Of a stretch of DNA of 64,000 nt, positions 46,279-61,567 are shown piece after piece. The notes beneath the pieces are model-generated. The model worked only from the letters and a program-made list of their open reading frames with translations. It searched no databases and was not told where the DNA came from. The translations under genes were made by a program, and so were the position numbers. The stretch is from the human T2T-CHM13v2.0 reference genome, Homo sapiens. The stretch is taken from the NCBI RefSeq assembly GCF_009914755.1, contig NC_060934.1; one strand, given 5' to 3'. How positions within the stretch are numbered: the first letter of the stretch is position 1; every line of letters starts with the position of its first letter.

Positions 46279-48966
46279 TAGGTTTCTTAGAACTTAGGGT
46301 TAGTTCCTCTTTATTAAGCTGATTATTTATTAATTCAACAAATGTTCCTTGAGTGACTTTTGTATGTAGATACTATAAGAGGTATGTCACATTTATTCCT
46401 TATAGATATACCTTATATGCCAGTGACTCTTTGTTCTCTCCCTCTTCTGTGCACACCTACAGAGTTACTACAGGAAAACTTGGTTTCTCTTTCTCTCCTT
46501 ATTCTATATCATATTATTTTACTGAGTGTTTTCTTGTAATGGTTTGGAGTCTTGACTACGTAATCAGACACATGGTTTCCTGACTTCTTTTCTACATTAT
46601 ATTACTTTCATTCTACTGAGGAACTCATTCTCTTTGTTAAACCAAAATGTTAAGAGGCCTGTCTCATCAAGCAATGTGGACACATAGCTGGTACTTGCTG
46701 CAGAAGGAAGACAAATGTGACACATTCCTTTAAACTGTTTGGAAATAGGCCCCTTAGTTTCTATATATTTTTTTCTTGGTTAGTGTTGAATCTCAAATGA
46801 AATTAGCAAGCTTTGTAACTCCTCTTGATAGTGCTTCCAGAGATGACCCTCTAAGTGAACAATTCTCACCTGTTTGGTTCAGGCTTTGATCTTCTGGGGT
46901 TATAAGAGTTTGCTTTATATATAAGCCACTCCCTTCTCCCTCTATCATCAACTGCTTCCCTCTACCAGGCAATGCACAGTTGGTTGGCAACTGCCAGCAA
47001 ATGACACCAACTGCTACCAAACTTCTATCTTCACAGAATAGCCACCAGATTGCAAGAAAATTACTCAGCCTTCCGATTCTCTAGCTTTTGCTGTGAGGAC
47101 AATTGGCATTGGTTCATTACTAGGTTCATTACTTTTTAAATGTTAGGCCTTAGTATGAAGGAAGGTTACTTCTAGGATCTGAGTGTTTGAGATTAGGTGA
47201 TCTCATCATCCTAGAGAGAAGGTTTAAGGAAAATAAAGAAAATGCCATCAATCATCTTAAATGTTATCGGGGACAATGTTCTATGTTTAAATGGACATAT
47301 GATTTAATTTACAGAACCACTTTGCATTTGGTAAGAACTGAATCACAACTTGTTGAAAGTTTGTTTGAATGAACACTCAACATGTAATATGGTTAAGAGA
47401 TTTTGTCTATGTCAGAAAGTCCAAATATATGAAATTCAAACATATTTTTGGAAATTCAAATGCAATAGAATCACCAACATGCACTGGTAATTAACAAAAG
47501 TGGGCAGCTCAGTTCAGGCAATAATTATTATTGATAATAACTGAAATAATAGGATTTTAAGTATAATGCCAATTGTTCGTCCTTGTTTATTGCATTATTA
47601 ATATTGCCATGGACACCAATATTAAAGAGTCATTTTATTTAAGTTTGTAGTTGCGAGCTCAACTACTGAAACTTCTCACTTTAAAGAAAAGGCTTCTCAG
47701 ACCATAAAAACTTCACCATGTCGAATTATCATAGACTGTCTCAAAGTTAAAGAAATTTCACCCTGTCACTATTTTATTGATAATTATTTTACTTTAGGAA
47801 GATACTCTCACTTTTGGGGTGTTAAAATTATTTTACATAATTGATGTAAGAGAGTTGTGACAAGAGCTTATATGTCTTTACTAGTCGTATTGAATATTTT
47901 GTGAAAAGTTGTGTGATTAAATAACTTTGGAAATAAATGCATCTTTATCTTGGAGACACACTTGGTTTAACCTAGTATATCAGTGTCAGAACGGAATTTT
48001 AAAGATCCATAACTGATAGTCTTCGTGAACTATTCACTCTCTGTTTTGTTCTGTCACAGGCACATATTTTAAACACATTTTGAGGATACACACTGATTTA
48101 TCTTTTTGTTCCAACCAGTCCCTAATATAAAATAACTTAGGAAAAATTCCTGTTCATAAATACTTGTTTTAGAAATTAAAATCTATTTAGGTCTTTTTGA
48201 ATATATCTGCCTTCTTTGCCACAATACAATTTTCTATCAAGTAAACCTTTAATCCAGTAAGTATTGAATGATTTACCACTCACTAGCAAGCCCTACTCTC
48301 TGAGCCTCAATATCAAGCACTTACATGTTAAAAATGGTTTGAAAAATCTCATGTTAAAATTAAGAACAAATATAGTTATAAATGATGGAGAATACTGTGT
48401 CAGGAATCCGGAGCTGGGCTATAGTCCTGGCTTTAACAACCTAATGACCTTGGGTAAGCTACTCAACTTTCTCCAACTTCAGTTTCTTCATTCTTGCCTC
48501 TAAAAATATGTATCCAATTTGAATTTTACTATGTAATATGGGGTGTAAGGAATGTCACATCTTTTATTTCACTAAGTAAAATTTACTTTGTTTCCATACC
48601 CCTTCCTAGAAAGTAGGCAGCCATTTAAACCATCACCATTATTGGGGATCCTCATCTCCTCATCCTCCAAGGTTGTATGAAAGCCTGGAGTTCTTAGGTA
48701 ATTCAGAGTATTCAGGGAGGCGCTTCTATCTTTGCCCAGAGTGGTCAGTGATAAAATGCTCATTGCCCAAGCTGGCTAATCCCTTGAAGGCAGTAGCTGT
48801 GTTTCTCTGGGGGTGGAAGTGGAGCATAGGAGATTTTTCCTGACTGGAAGTCATGGAATTTCTGGTCTTGCTGCACACAAGGCATGGCACCATCACGCTC
48901 ACTGAGGTTCTGTCATAGCCTCAGGGCGTATGGTGCCCAAAGACTTTAATAGATAAAATTGCCCTA

Positions 48967-49357
<391 letters not shown>

Positions 49358-49965
49358 CTATCAGGAAGAATGTGGACAGGTCCCCAGAACTCAAAAAACT
49401 CACAGGCGTTTATCTCCATTGTCTTTGGAAAATTTTGCCCCAGGCCAGGACCTGTTGTTTTTTTTCATCTGTCCATGGGCAGGTCTTTCTTCCCCATCCT
49501 ACCTCCTTGCTGAATGCCCCTTTTGAGGATCTTTAGGAACTCAATGCTGGCCTTTCTGTTCTATAGGTATGTCTGGAAAGAATGAGATCCTAGAAACTAA
49601 TAAATGCTTTGTGAATAAAATCCTTTAAAAAGTCAGTTTTTTTTTTCTTTCCCATACTCATTCACCTGGTTAAGTATTATCGTTAGTGGTATCAAAACAA
49701 AGGTGTATCTGAAAGAAGGTAGCTGTCCTTGCCCGGGGAAGTCAGAAGTCTCTGATTATTTTGTAGACGTGTCTCATTTTCTTAGGCTATATAAGTGGCT
49801 TTCAATTCTATCTTATACTCAATTTTAACATGGAGTTATGTCTTTATTCCTCAGTTCTCCCTCCTGCCAGACAAGCTTACTTGGGGCCTATTTGAATCTA
49901 CTCGAATGTATTCTCTGTTGCATTCAAAAAACTAGAAAGACCAGAACAAGTTAAGAAAGAGTTGT

Positions 49966-50331
49966 TGATATGGTTTGGCTGTGTCCTCACCCAAATCTCA
50001 TCTTGAATTGTAGCTCCCATAATTCCCACGTATTGTGGGAGGGACCCAGTGGGAGATAATTGAACTATGGGGGCGCTTTCCCTCATACTGTTTTCAAGGT
50101 AGTGAATAAGTCTCACAAGAGCTGATGATTTTATAACGGGTTTCCTCTTTCACTTGGCTCTCATTCTCTCTTGTCTACTGCCATGTAAGATGTGTCTTTC
50201 ACCTTTTGCTATGATTGTGAGGTCTCCCTAGCCACGTGGAACTGGGAGTCCATTAAACCTCTTTTTCTTTATAAATTACCCAGTCTCAGGTATGTATGTC
50301 TTTATCAGCAGCGTGAAAACAGCCTTATACA
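49966..50331 (+). mobile_element. THE1B-type MaLR solo LTR
   Basis: TGATATGGTTTGGCTGTGTCC...TATACA termini, 366 bp, perfect 5-bp TSD GTTGT (49961-49965, 50332-50336). Confidence 0.93.
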
Positions 50332-50652
50332 GTTGTACTCTCTTCTGTACTAATCAACCAAGATTTGGAATAATATTTTCTTTTCTGAGCTGAATAGTGT
50401 GAAGATTAAACTGGTCCATATCCAGGATATAGCTATATGGATAGTAAAATATTTCTATTTGAAATTTGAGAAATAGTTAATTTGGGAAATATATTTAGGG
50501 AAAAGTATAATCATTCTCTTGTTCTATGTATTGTCTTGTGCATGCGTGTTTGCATGTGGGTGTACATGTGTGTCTCCAAAGGCATAATTTAGTTTCATTC
50601 TGAGATATTAATGGCGGACATTATAGAGTGAAAATTTCAACTTCGTAGTAAG

Positions 50653-51437
<785 letters not shown>

Positions 51438-51635
51438 ATAAGGAAATACATTTTGTCAATTATATTTCTTGAAAAGGAAGCAGACAGGCTCTCTAAAGTA
51501 GTGCATTTTCTGTCCTTGAAGATCTTAAACTGGATTCACTGTACTCATGGGCCAGATAGAGTATAGAAATGATTCTTGTATTGAATCCATAGCTGTACTC
51601 CATGGCCTCCAAAGCCACCTGTCACCTCCTGCCTC

Positions 51636-51637
<2 letters not shown>

Positions 51638-51670
<33 letters not shown>
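51638..51670. repeat. (CA)n microsatellite
   Basis: Read directly. Confidence 0.97.
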
Positions 51671-51672
<2 letters not shown>

Positions 51673-53094
51673 CATCCATTAGGTGCCCCCCTCCCCTCTA
51701 ATTCTAAGATATCTAAAAATGCTGGGACCATAGACAATTCTCAATCATTGGATTATAAATGATTTGGAGGGTTTTTAAAAGACTATATGATTATAAAATA
51801 TAAGCATTTAAGTCATTTTGATGGAAATATGATGATGATCTGGAAGCATAATTATTATACTACTCCCTTCCTTATCTCAACTCTGTTGGACTGATTTTAA
51901 GACTATTTCCTCGATCTCTCCTTCATGCACCTGAAGTCAATTCCACACAGACTTCACATAGAATTAATGTTTAAGTTTTGTTCTGTGCTGAAATCCTAAC
52001 AAATATTCCCTACCAGTTTCAGAATTTCAGTTTGCAAAAAGATACAAGTGACTGGATATCCTGATATATGCCAATTGTACCCAGCAGTCTTTTTGTCTTC
52101 TCTTGTCTTTCTTTTTGGAAATCCTGGAGCCCAGATTTCTTTCTTTGCCTTAAGTCTCAGTCTAGGTGTTTTCTGTGGCTTTTTTCCTATTCTGTTTCTC
52201 TTATGTTTTAAAAATGGCCTCTCAACCTTTTCCCACTTACTTTCCTTGGTCTACAAAGCCAAAGGGGAGGCAAGAAAATGTATACATTGTTGGGTGGCTT
52301 TCAGATAACCATAATGCACATCATGGTGCCCTCCCCTACTCCCCATCCAGTGACCTGGAACATAAGCCAAGCAGATTTCAGCTGAGGCGAAAAACTGTGC
52401 ATCAGGTTAGGTAGTCTGTTGGCTTTCTCTACCTTTTAAATTGACATTCAATTATTCTGTTGTATTTTAAAATAAAACAGTCCTTACTGACAAAGTAAAG
52501 CTGTGTCAAACCTCAGGCCAATTAAAACCACATGAAAATAAACTCATTCCCGGTATTGGTAAAAGGGACTAGGCTCTTTTTGAAAAAATAATGTGGTGCC
52601 TCTTGAATATTCAATTTAATGCTTATGCATAATGGCCCAGTAATGTTCCCAGAAATATTCATAATACCTTTCTGATCTGGCTATATCTCGAGGAAGTTAC
52701 CCAGAGACACACAGATTTTGGTTTGGGACACCATCTCCTCTCCTCACAGAAAGCTAGTGAGAGGTGGGCAGAGGAGGGGAGGTGATGAGTGAATCCCTCC
52801 AATGATTTACTGGAAATTTTTTCTCAAATTTTCAGGCCTGGAAATTGGGTTTGTTATATTCATCATTTAGTTGAACTGCATTTTTATTTTCTATCAGTTT
52901 GCATGTACTTCCTCCTTACCTAGTGTCTGAATTATATTCCTTGCTTTTAATGTTTATTTATTAAGTACAATTTAGAAGGCACAGTTGCGTGACAGGAACT
53001 TAGAATTTTATTTCATATTCCACAGTTAAAAAATGGCAAATATGCGGCCACATACATACATTTTATTTGAACTTAACATTTTTACTGTTTTAAT

Positions 53095-53124
53095 CTGTGA
53101 TTTGGACCACTGTGATTTGGACCA
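53095..53124. repeat. 15-bp tandem duplication (CTGTGATTTGGACCA)x2
   Basis: Exact direct repeat. Confidence 0.95.
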
Positions 53125-53291
53125 TTGAAAGTAAATGGACTTTAATAATAAGGGTTTATATGATGATATACATGAGTACATATTGTTAGTTTACACTTAC
53201 ATTGTCCTTGGCTTAAGAATAAAAATACATAATTATAAAGTATACATTATGTGATTTATATGTAGTTTTTTTAGCTATAGAAAGAACCACA

Positions 53292-53808
53292 TATTATGCA
53301 AACTTTTAAAATGATCCCTACCTCCTGGTATTCATGACCTTGAGTAATCCTCTCCTATTGATTGTGGGCTGAACCTAGTGACTTGCACCTAATGAACAGA
53401 ATATGGCAAAAGTGAGAAGATGTCCTTTCCATATTAAGTTATAAAATATCATGACTTTTTCCTTGCTAGCAGATGCTATCTTTTACTAGATTTGATGAAG
53501 CAAGCTGCCATGATGAAGAGCCTCATATTTCAAGAAACTGAAGGTGGCCTCTGTTCAACAGCACACAAGGAAGTGAATCTTATCGACAACCACTAAATGA
53601 TCTTAGAAGGAGATCCTGCCCCAATTTAACCTTGAGATGACTGTGAACCTGCACTAAAAACCTAATTGCAGCCTTGTGAAAGGTGCTGAGCTAAAGGATC
53701 CAACTAACTTATACCTAACTCACATAAACTGTGAGATAATAAATGCATGCTCTCTTAAGATGCTAAATTTTGGGATAATTTGTTACGCAGCAATAGTTAA
53801 CTGAGGCA
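53292..53808 (+). mobile_element. MLT1F-type MaLR solo LTR
   Basis: 'cctcctggtattcatgaccttgagtaatcc..tgtgggctgaacctagtgacttgc', 'tgatgaagcaagctgccatg', end 'ttgggataatttgttacgcagcaatagttaactga'. Confidence 0.8.
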
Positions 53809-53883
53809 GACTATATCCTTATCCATTGCTTTAGTCAGTCATAGCTTCTTTCAGGTCTCCTGGGAGATTTTTATTCTCTCTGT

Positions 53884-56800
53884 CTTTTTTTCTTTCCAAC
53901 TTTTATTTTAGGTTCAAGGGATGTATGTGCAGGTTTGTTACAGGGTAAATTGCATGTTGCAGGGGTTTGGTGTACACATTATTTCATCACTCAGGTACTG
54001 AGAATAGTACTGGATAGATAGTTTTTCGGTTCTCACCCTCCTACTACCCTCCATCTTCAAGTAGGCCCCAGTGTCTATTGTTTCCTTCTTTGTATCCATG
54101 TATACTCAATGTTTAGCTCCCTTTCATATAGCTGAGAATATGTTGCATTTGCTTTTCTGTTCTTACCTACATTAATTCACTTAGGATAATGGCCTCCAAC
54201 ACTATCCACATTGCTGCAAAGGACATAATTTCATTCTTTCTTATGGCTGCATAGTGTTCCATGGTATATATGTACCACATTTTCTTTATCCAGTCCACCA
54301 CCAATGGGCATCTAGGTTGATAGGTTGATTCCATGTCTTTACCATTGTGAATAGTGCTGCAATGAACATATGAGTTCATGTGTCTTTATGGTGAACGATT
54401 TATATTCCTTTGGCTATATACCCAATAATGGGATTGCTGGGTTGAATGTTAGTTCTACGTTCTTTGAGAAATATCCAAACTGCTTTCCACAGTGGCTGAA
54501 GTAATTTACATTCCTACTACCAATGTGTAAGCAGTATCTTTTCTCTGCAACCCCATCAGCATCTGTTATTCTTTGACTTTTTAATACTAGCCATTCTGAC
54601 TGATGCAAGATGGTATCTCATCTGGTTTTGATTTGCATTTCTCTTTCTTTTTTATTATTATTATTATACTTTAAGTTTTAGGGTACATGTGCACAACGTG
54701 CAGGTTAGTTACATATGTATACATGTGACATGCTTGTGCACTGCACCCACTAACTTGTCATCTAGCATTAGGTATATCTCCCAATGCTATCCCTCCCCCC
54801 TCTCCGCACCCCACAACAGTCCCCAGAGTGTGATGTTCCCCTTCCTGTGTCCATGTGTTCTCATTGTTCAATTCCCACCTATGAGTGAGAATATGCTGTG
54901 TTTGGATTTTTGTTCTTGCGATAGTTTACTGAGAATGATGATTTCCAACTTCATCCTTGTCCCTACAAAGGACACGAACTCATCATTTTTTATGGCTGCA
55001 TAGTATTCCATGGTGTATATGTGCCACATTTTCTTAATCCAGTCTATCATTGTTGGACATTTGGGTTGGTTCCAAGTCTTTGCTATTGTGAATAGTGCCG
55101 CAATAAACATACGTGTGCATGTGTCTTTATAGCAGCATGATTTATAATCCTTTGGGTACATACCCAGTAATGGGATGGCTGGGTCAAATGGTATTTCTAG
55201 TTCTAGATCCCTGAGGAATCGCCACACTGACTTCCACGATGGTTGAACTAGTTTACGGTCCCACCAACAGTGTAAAAGTGTTCCTATTTCTCCACATCCT
55301 CTCCAGCACCTGTTGTTTCCTGACTTTTTAATGATTGCCATTCTAACTGGTGTGAGATGGTATCTCATTGTGGTTTTGATTTGCATTTCTCTGATGGCCA
55401 GTGATGGTGAGCATTTTTTCATGTGTTTTTTGGCTGCATAAATGTCTTCTTTTGAGAAGTGTCTGTTCATGTCCTTGGCCCACTTTTTGATGGGGTTGTT
55501 TGTTTTTTTCCTTGTAAATTTGTTTGAGTTCATTGTAGATTCTGGATATTAGCCCTTTGTCAGATGAGTAGGTTGTGAAAATTTTCATTTTGTGGGTTGC
55601 CAGTTCACTCTGATGGTAGTTTATTTTGCTGTGCAGAAGCTCTTTAATTAGATTCCATTTGTCAATTTTGGCTTTTGTTGCCATTGCTTTTGGTGTTTTA
55701 GACATGAAGTCCTTGCCCATGACTGTGTCCTGAATGGTAATGCCTAGGTTTTCTTCTAGGGTTTTTATGGTTTTAGGTCTAACGTTTAAGTCTTTAATCC
55801 ATCTTGAATTGATTTTTGTATAAGGTGTAAGTTGAACATTTTTTCATATGCTTGTTGGCCACATGAATGTCTTCTTTAGAGAAATGTCTCTTCATGTCCT
55901 TTGCTCATTTTTAATGAGGTTGTTTGTTTTTTTGCTTGTTAATTTGTTTAAATTCCTTACAGTTTCTGGATATTTGACTTTTGTGAAATGCAGTTTACGA
56001 ATATTTTCTCCCATTCTGTAGGCTGTCTGTTTACTCTGCTGATAGTTATTTTTGCTGTACAGAATCTATTTAATTTAATTAGGTCCTATCTGTCAATTTC
56101 TGTTTTTGTTGCAACTGCTTTTGGAGTTTTCATCATGAAATCTTTGCCAGGATCTGTGTCCACAAAGGTATTTCCTAGGTTTACCTCTAGGGCTTTTATA
56201 GTTTTAGGTTTTATATTTAAGTCTTTAAATCCACCTTGAGTTGATTTTTGCAGATGGTATAAGCAAGGAGTCCAGTTTCAGTCTTCTGCATGTGGCTAGC
56301 CAGTTATTCAAGCACCATTTTTTGAGCAGGGAGTCCTTTCCCCATTGCTTGGTTTTATCAACTTTGTTGAAGATCTGATGGCTGTAGTTGTGCAGCTTTA
56401 TTTATGGGTTCTCTAACCTGTTTCATTGGTCTATCTGTCTGTTTTTGTACCAGTACAATGTTGTTTTGGTTACTGTAGCCTTGTAGTATAGTTTGAAGTT
56501 GGGCAATGTGATACCTCTGGTTTTGTTCTTCCTGCTTAGTACTGCTTTGGCTATTTGAGCTCCTTTTTTGGTTCTATATGAATTTTAGAATAGTTTTTTC
56601 TTATTCTTCAAAAATCGTCATTGCTGTTTTCACAGGAATAACATTGAATCTGAAAATTGCTTTCAGCAGTATGGCCATTGTAACAATACTGATTCTTCCT
56701 ATCTATGAGCATGGAATGTTTTGTTTGTTTCATCTCTGATTTCTTTAATCAGTGTTTTGTAATTCTCATTGTAGAGATCTTTCACCTCCCTGATTAAATG

Positions 56801-57912
56801 TATCACTAGATATTTTATTCTTTTTGTGGTTATTGTGAATGGGATTGCATTCTTGAATTGGCTCTCACGTTGACGTATAGACATGCTATTGATTTTTGTA
56901 CTTTGATTTTGTATCCTGAAACTTTGCTGATGTTATTTATCAGATCTAGGAGCCTTTGAGGAGTAACTGGGGTTTTGTAGGTATAGAGTCATAGTATCTG
57001 TGGAGAGAGATAGTTTGACTTCCCCTCTTTCCTACTTGGATGCTTTTATTTCTTTCCCTTGCCTGATTGCTCTGATTAGGATTTCCAGTACTATGTTGAA
57101 TAAAAGCAGTGAGAGTGGGCATCCTTGTATTGTTCTTGTTCTCTAGGGGAATGCTTCCAGCTTTTGCCTGTTTGGTATGATATTGGCTGTGGATTTGTCA
57201 CAGATGCCTCTTTTTATTTTGAGGTACGTATCTTTGACACCTAGTTTGTTGATGGTTTTTAGCACGGACTGGACGTTAAATTTTATCAAAAGCCTTTTCT
57301 GTGTCTATTAAGATGATCGTGTGGTTTTTGCTTTTTGTTCTGTTTATGTGATTAATCACATTTATTGATTTGCATATGTTGAACCAACCTTGCATCCCAG
57401 GAATAAAGTATACCTGATTGTGGTGGATTAGCTTTTTGATGTGTTGTTAGGTTTAGTTTGTTAGTATTTTGTTGAGGATTTTTGCATCTATGTGCAGCAA
57501 GGATATTGGCCTGAAGTTTGCGTGCATGTGTGTATGTGTGTGTGTGTGTCTGCCAGATTTTGCTATCATAATGATGCGGGCTTCACAGAATGAGAGAGGA
57601 AGGAATCCCTGCTTCTCAATTTTTTGGAGTAGTTTCAGTAGGATTGGTACTAGCTCTTCTTTATACATCTGGTAGAATTTAGCTGTGAAACTGTCTGGTC
57701 CGGGGATTTTTTCTGGTTGGTAGGCTTTTTATTACTGATTCAATTTTGGAACTCACTATTGGTCTGTTCAGGGTTTCTATTTCTTCCTGGTTCAATCTTT
57801 GGAGGTTGTATATTTCCAGGAATTTATCAATTTCTTCCAGGTTTTCTAGTTTGTGTGCATAAAAGTGTTCATAATGGTTTATGAGGGTTTTTGTATTTCT
57901 GTAGGGTTGGTA
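53884..57912 (-). mobile_element. 5'-truncated old L1 (L1PA15/16-like), split by a younger L1 (host pieces 53884-54644 and 55831-57912)
   Basis: 3'UTR 'caggtttgttacagggtaaattgcatgttgcaggggtttggtgtaca'; decayed ORF2 pieces ([28 protein letters not shown]); possible degraded TSD TTTTATTC at 53869 and 57914. Confidence 0.9.
54645..55831 (-). mobile_element. 5'-truncated young L1 (L1PA2-like, ~1.19 kb) nested in the older L1
   Basis: 3'UTR 'cacccactaacttgtcatctagcattaggtatatctcccaatgctatc'; ORF2 C-terminus ...FSLIGGN* at 54868; A-rich tail at about 54645-54667. Confidence 0.94.
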
Positions 57913-57964
57913 ATTTTATTCACTATTCTAAATCTTTAAATCCTGAATATGTGGCCAGTTCTAA

Positions 57965-58241
57965 GGATCTCACTCTGTTGCCCAGGCTGGAGTGCAGTGG
58001 CACAATCACAGCTCACTGAAGCCTTGACCTTTCCAGGTCCAAGAGACCCTCGCACCTCAGCCTCCTGGGTTGCTGGGACTACAGGCACGCACCGCCACAC
58101 CTGGCTAGTTTTTTAATTTTTTTGTAGAGGTGGGGTTTCACCATGTCACCCAGGCTGGTCTTGAACTCCTGGGCTCAAGCAATCTGCCCACCTCAACCTC
58201 CCAAAGTGCTGGGATTGCAGGCATGAGCCACTGCGCCGGCC
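57965..58241 (-). mobile_element. AluJ lacking its poly(A) tail
   Basis: 'cacaatcacagctcactgaagccttgacc' and 'gaactcctgggctcaagcaatc' J diagnostics. Confidence 0.9.
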
Positions 58242-58544
58242 TATTTATATTCTTAATGTGTGTTTTCTTTTTAGCTTTCCTCATTACATGAAGTGTTGGA
58301 CATACTCTCAGTTAATTGCTAGAAGAAATGTTATTATTGGACATGAAGTACAGTAACAGCTCATTTATCTGGTAAATTTGGCTACTTAGAAGGAAGCAGA
58401 AAAGGCCTCCGTGCAGCTAAAACAGCCCTCAATTATAACTTATCTATAGCTTCCTTTTGGGTTCTTGCTTAGGTCTTAATTTCCATCTTTCATTCCTTTT
58501 CCTCTGTGCATACCTTGTGTATTTCCTTCTTTTCTTCTCTCTTT

Positions 58545-58730
58545 TATCAAACACTTATTGAGTGCTTATAAAGATGTGAGCATTGTGCTAAGGGTTGAGG
58601 AGACAGTGATGAACTAATCTGAATATAATCTCTGCTTGTATGGAACCAGTAGTCTAGTGGGAAGGTAGAATGTTAATTGAATTATTGTGTTAGGAAATGT
58701 TTAAAAAACATGTGAGGCAAGTGTTCTGAA
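58545..58730 (-). mobile_element. L2 3' end relic
   Basis: 'tcaaacacttattgagtgctta..gagcattgtgctaagggttgaggagacagtgatgaac..agtctagtgggaag'. Confidence 0.65.
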
Positions 58731-58742
58731 AAAACTAAGTGG

Positions 58743-59051
<309 letters not shown>

Positions 59052-59179
59052 TCATGTAGCATAAAAGTTAAGGGGGCAGGGCTTTTAATTGCCTTTATTT
59101 AAATCACACTCCCAGTTCTTCTTTGTTTTGTGACTTTATACTACCTACCAGCCCTTTTGTGCCTCATTTTCTTCATTTG

Positions 59180-59510
59180 TGCTACAGTTTGAATAGTTTC
59201 CCTCCAAAATCCAGGTGTTGCCAATGTGATCGTATTAAGAGGTCGGTCTTTAATAAGTGAATAGGCCATGCGAGCTTCCTCCTGGTTAATGAGATTAAGG
59301 CCCTTAGAAAAGATGCTTCCTGCAGCATTTAGTTAGCTTGCCCTTCTGCGAAAGCATGAAGGATGTAGGAAGAAGGCCCTCACTAGACCAAATGCCGGCA
59401 CCTTGATCTTGGACTTCCCACCTTCCAAACTGTGAAAAATAAATTCCTGGTTTTTAATGAATTACCCATTCTCAAGTTTTATGTTAAAGCAGTACAAATG
59501 GCCTAAAACG
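59180..59510 (+). mobile_element. MST (MSTC/D-like) MaLR solo LTR inserted in a MIR
   Basis: TGCTACAGTTTGAAT start; 'gaagaaggccctcactagaccaaatgccggcaccttgatcttggacttccca'; MIR core pieces on both sides. Confidence 0.75.
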
Positions 59511-59540
59511 GGAATGATATGGTCTGTAAAATAAGGTTTA

Positions 59541-59580
59541 TGTGAGGATTAAATAGATTATGTGAGGATTACATAGATTA
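59541..59580. repeat. 20-bp tandem duplication TGTGAGGATTA(A/C)ATAGATTA
   Basis: Direct repeat with one mismatch, inside MIR sequence. Confidence 0.9.
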
Positions 59581-61567
59581 ATACAGGTAAATGCTTAGAA
59601 GAGAGCTTGTTGTGTAGTAGCTCAGTAAAGATACTTAACAAGGGGATTTGACTTTGATGTAGGTCTGGAAAGTCCTTCCTAAGAAAGTAAGGAGGGAGCT
59701 GAGGCCTTTGGCACATGCCCCTCCTCCAGGTTCACAGCAGATCAAAGGAAACTGGCTGACGATTCTTTTCTTTTAGCAATTAATTTCTTAGTCCATAGAG
59801 TAATAGCTAACAACAGGAGAAGAGAGATACACTATACAAATTAAACACATGAGTTAGAAAACATAGAAAGTCCTGAGTAACTTTATGTAATATGGCAAAT
59901 ACTGTTATTAGCCCTGCAGGCATCACTGACATAATAGAATAAATATTGTCTTGGTAGTATGCATTTAGTTACAAGTGACAGACAACCCAGCTCAAATAAT
60001 GTTGCCTGATGCAAGTTGGAAATCCAAAAGGGAAACTTCCTGGATTTTTTAATTTAGCAACTCTATGATGGCATCACAGGCTCGTTATGTTTGTTCTGTT
60101 CTGTATTCTAGTTTTGTAACAGGCACTGTACTAAGGCAGTTTCATCTGGTGACTCTTGTGGTTAAACCATGGCTGCTAAATTTATGGGACATCATCAACC
60201 ATTTGCATAAAGACTTAGATTTTTTTTTTTAATTAGATGTCCCTAGCAAATACCTTTTGCAGTCTCATGGGCCTAAATGGAATAGAGAAGCCCACTTGTG
60301 AAACAATAAATGTGGTCATAGCAAAGTACAATACATAGTACCTTAGACACATCCCCTCCAATTTCAAATGCCAAGGAAGGTGGGATTAGGAGGTACAACC
60401 TCCCAAACCTGAAGTCTTCACTAACAGATGGAGTAAATACATTTTAATGGATACATCTGCAGTGTCCATCACACTAATGCTCAAAACGATTATTCTAAAT
60501 TATATAAATAAATGACAGTAAGTACAATTTAGGAATAAAATCCTTGAATTTCTTAAAATTCAGCTTAAATGAGAAAAGCTTTTAGTCAGATATTTGCATA
60601 CGTGGAATGTTTCATTTCCTGTCAATGCCTCATTGACATGTCTCATTGTTCATAATTGAGTTTCATTGAGAAATTCCTGGGATTATTCTGGCCAATAAAC
60701 CAGTTTCATGAGATGATATCTGAAACAGTGACAATGATGTTCTTTTGTGTCTTGTCTAGTTATTCATAAAAATAGCATGACATTAGTGGCCTCAAAACCT
60801 TAAATTATGGCAATTGCCCCTTCTGGTATAATCTTGACTTTATAGCCCATGATATTTGGCTAAATTGAATTAAATAGAATAACTATCAGTTTTGGGGAAA
60901 GTCTGACAAACTGAACATAAATAGGACAAAAGCATATATAGGTTCAAAGTAAGAGTTACTGGTATCTTCTCTTTGCCTTTTAAAATGGATTTAAAGTTAA
61001 CTGTGCATTTGGTGAAAATATTTGCAACAGGAGTAAAGTGTTATAAAAAGGCAGGATTATTTAAGAGAGAAAATAGATAACTAGCAAGGGATAAAAATAT
61101 TTTGGGGTCATGGGGGATCCATTTAAAAGCAAATTTGCAATTGCTGTAAATGTCTCTTTGGTGGCCAGCATTCCACAAATGCTGCACAGAAACACACTCA
61201 TTTTCAATGTTCCACAGTTCCAGAGTTATTTTAAAAAGATACTTTCTCAACACATGAAGAAGCTTAAAGTTACAGCATCAGGAAAATATCCTTGGTAGAT
61301 CCATGTGTTTATCATTTACTTTAGAAATATTTGTGCCTACAGTTTTGTCTTTGAGAGCTGTATTTAGGTGGTCCTGACTGGGCATTCTATATCTATGGGA
61401 GATTTTAATTTTCTGGGGAAAACTTTCACAAACATTGAAGTTAACCCAATGTTTCTGCCTTGCACTTAATTGAGATATTTTGGGAATGAGCAGTCAGAAT
61501 ATTTTATTTTATAAGTGGCATAACATAATTAAAACTAAAAATGGAAAGTCAAACTATAAGAATTTAT

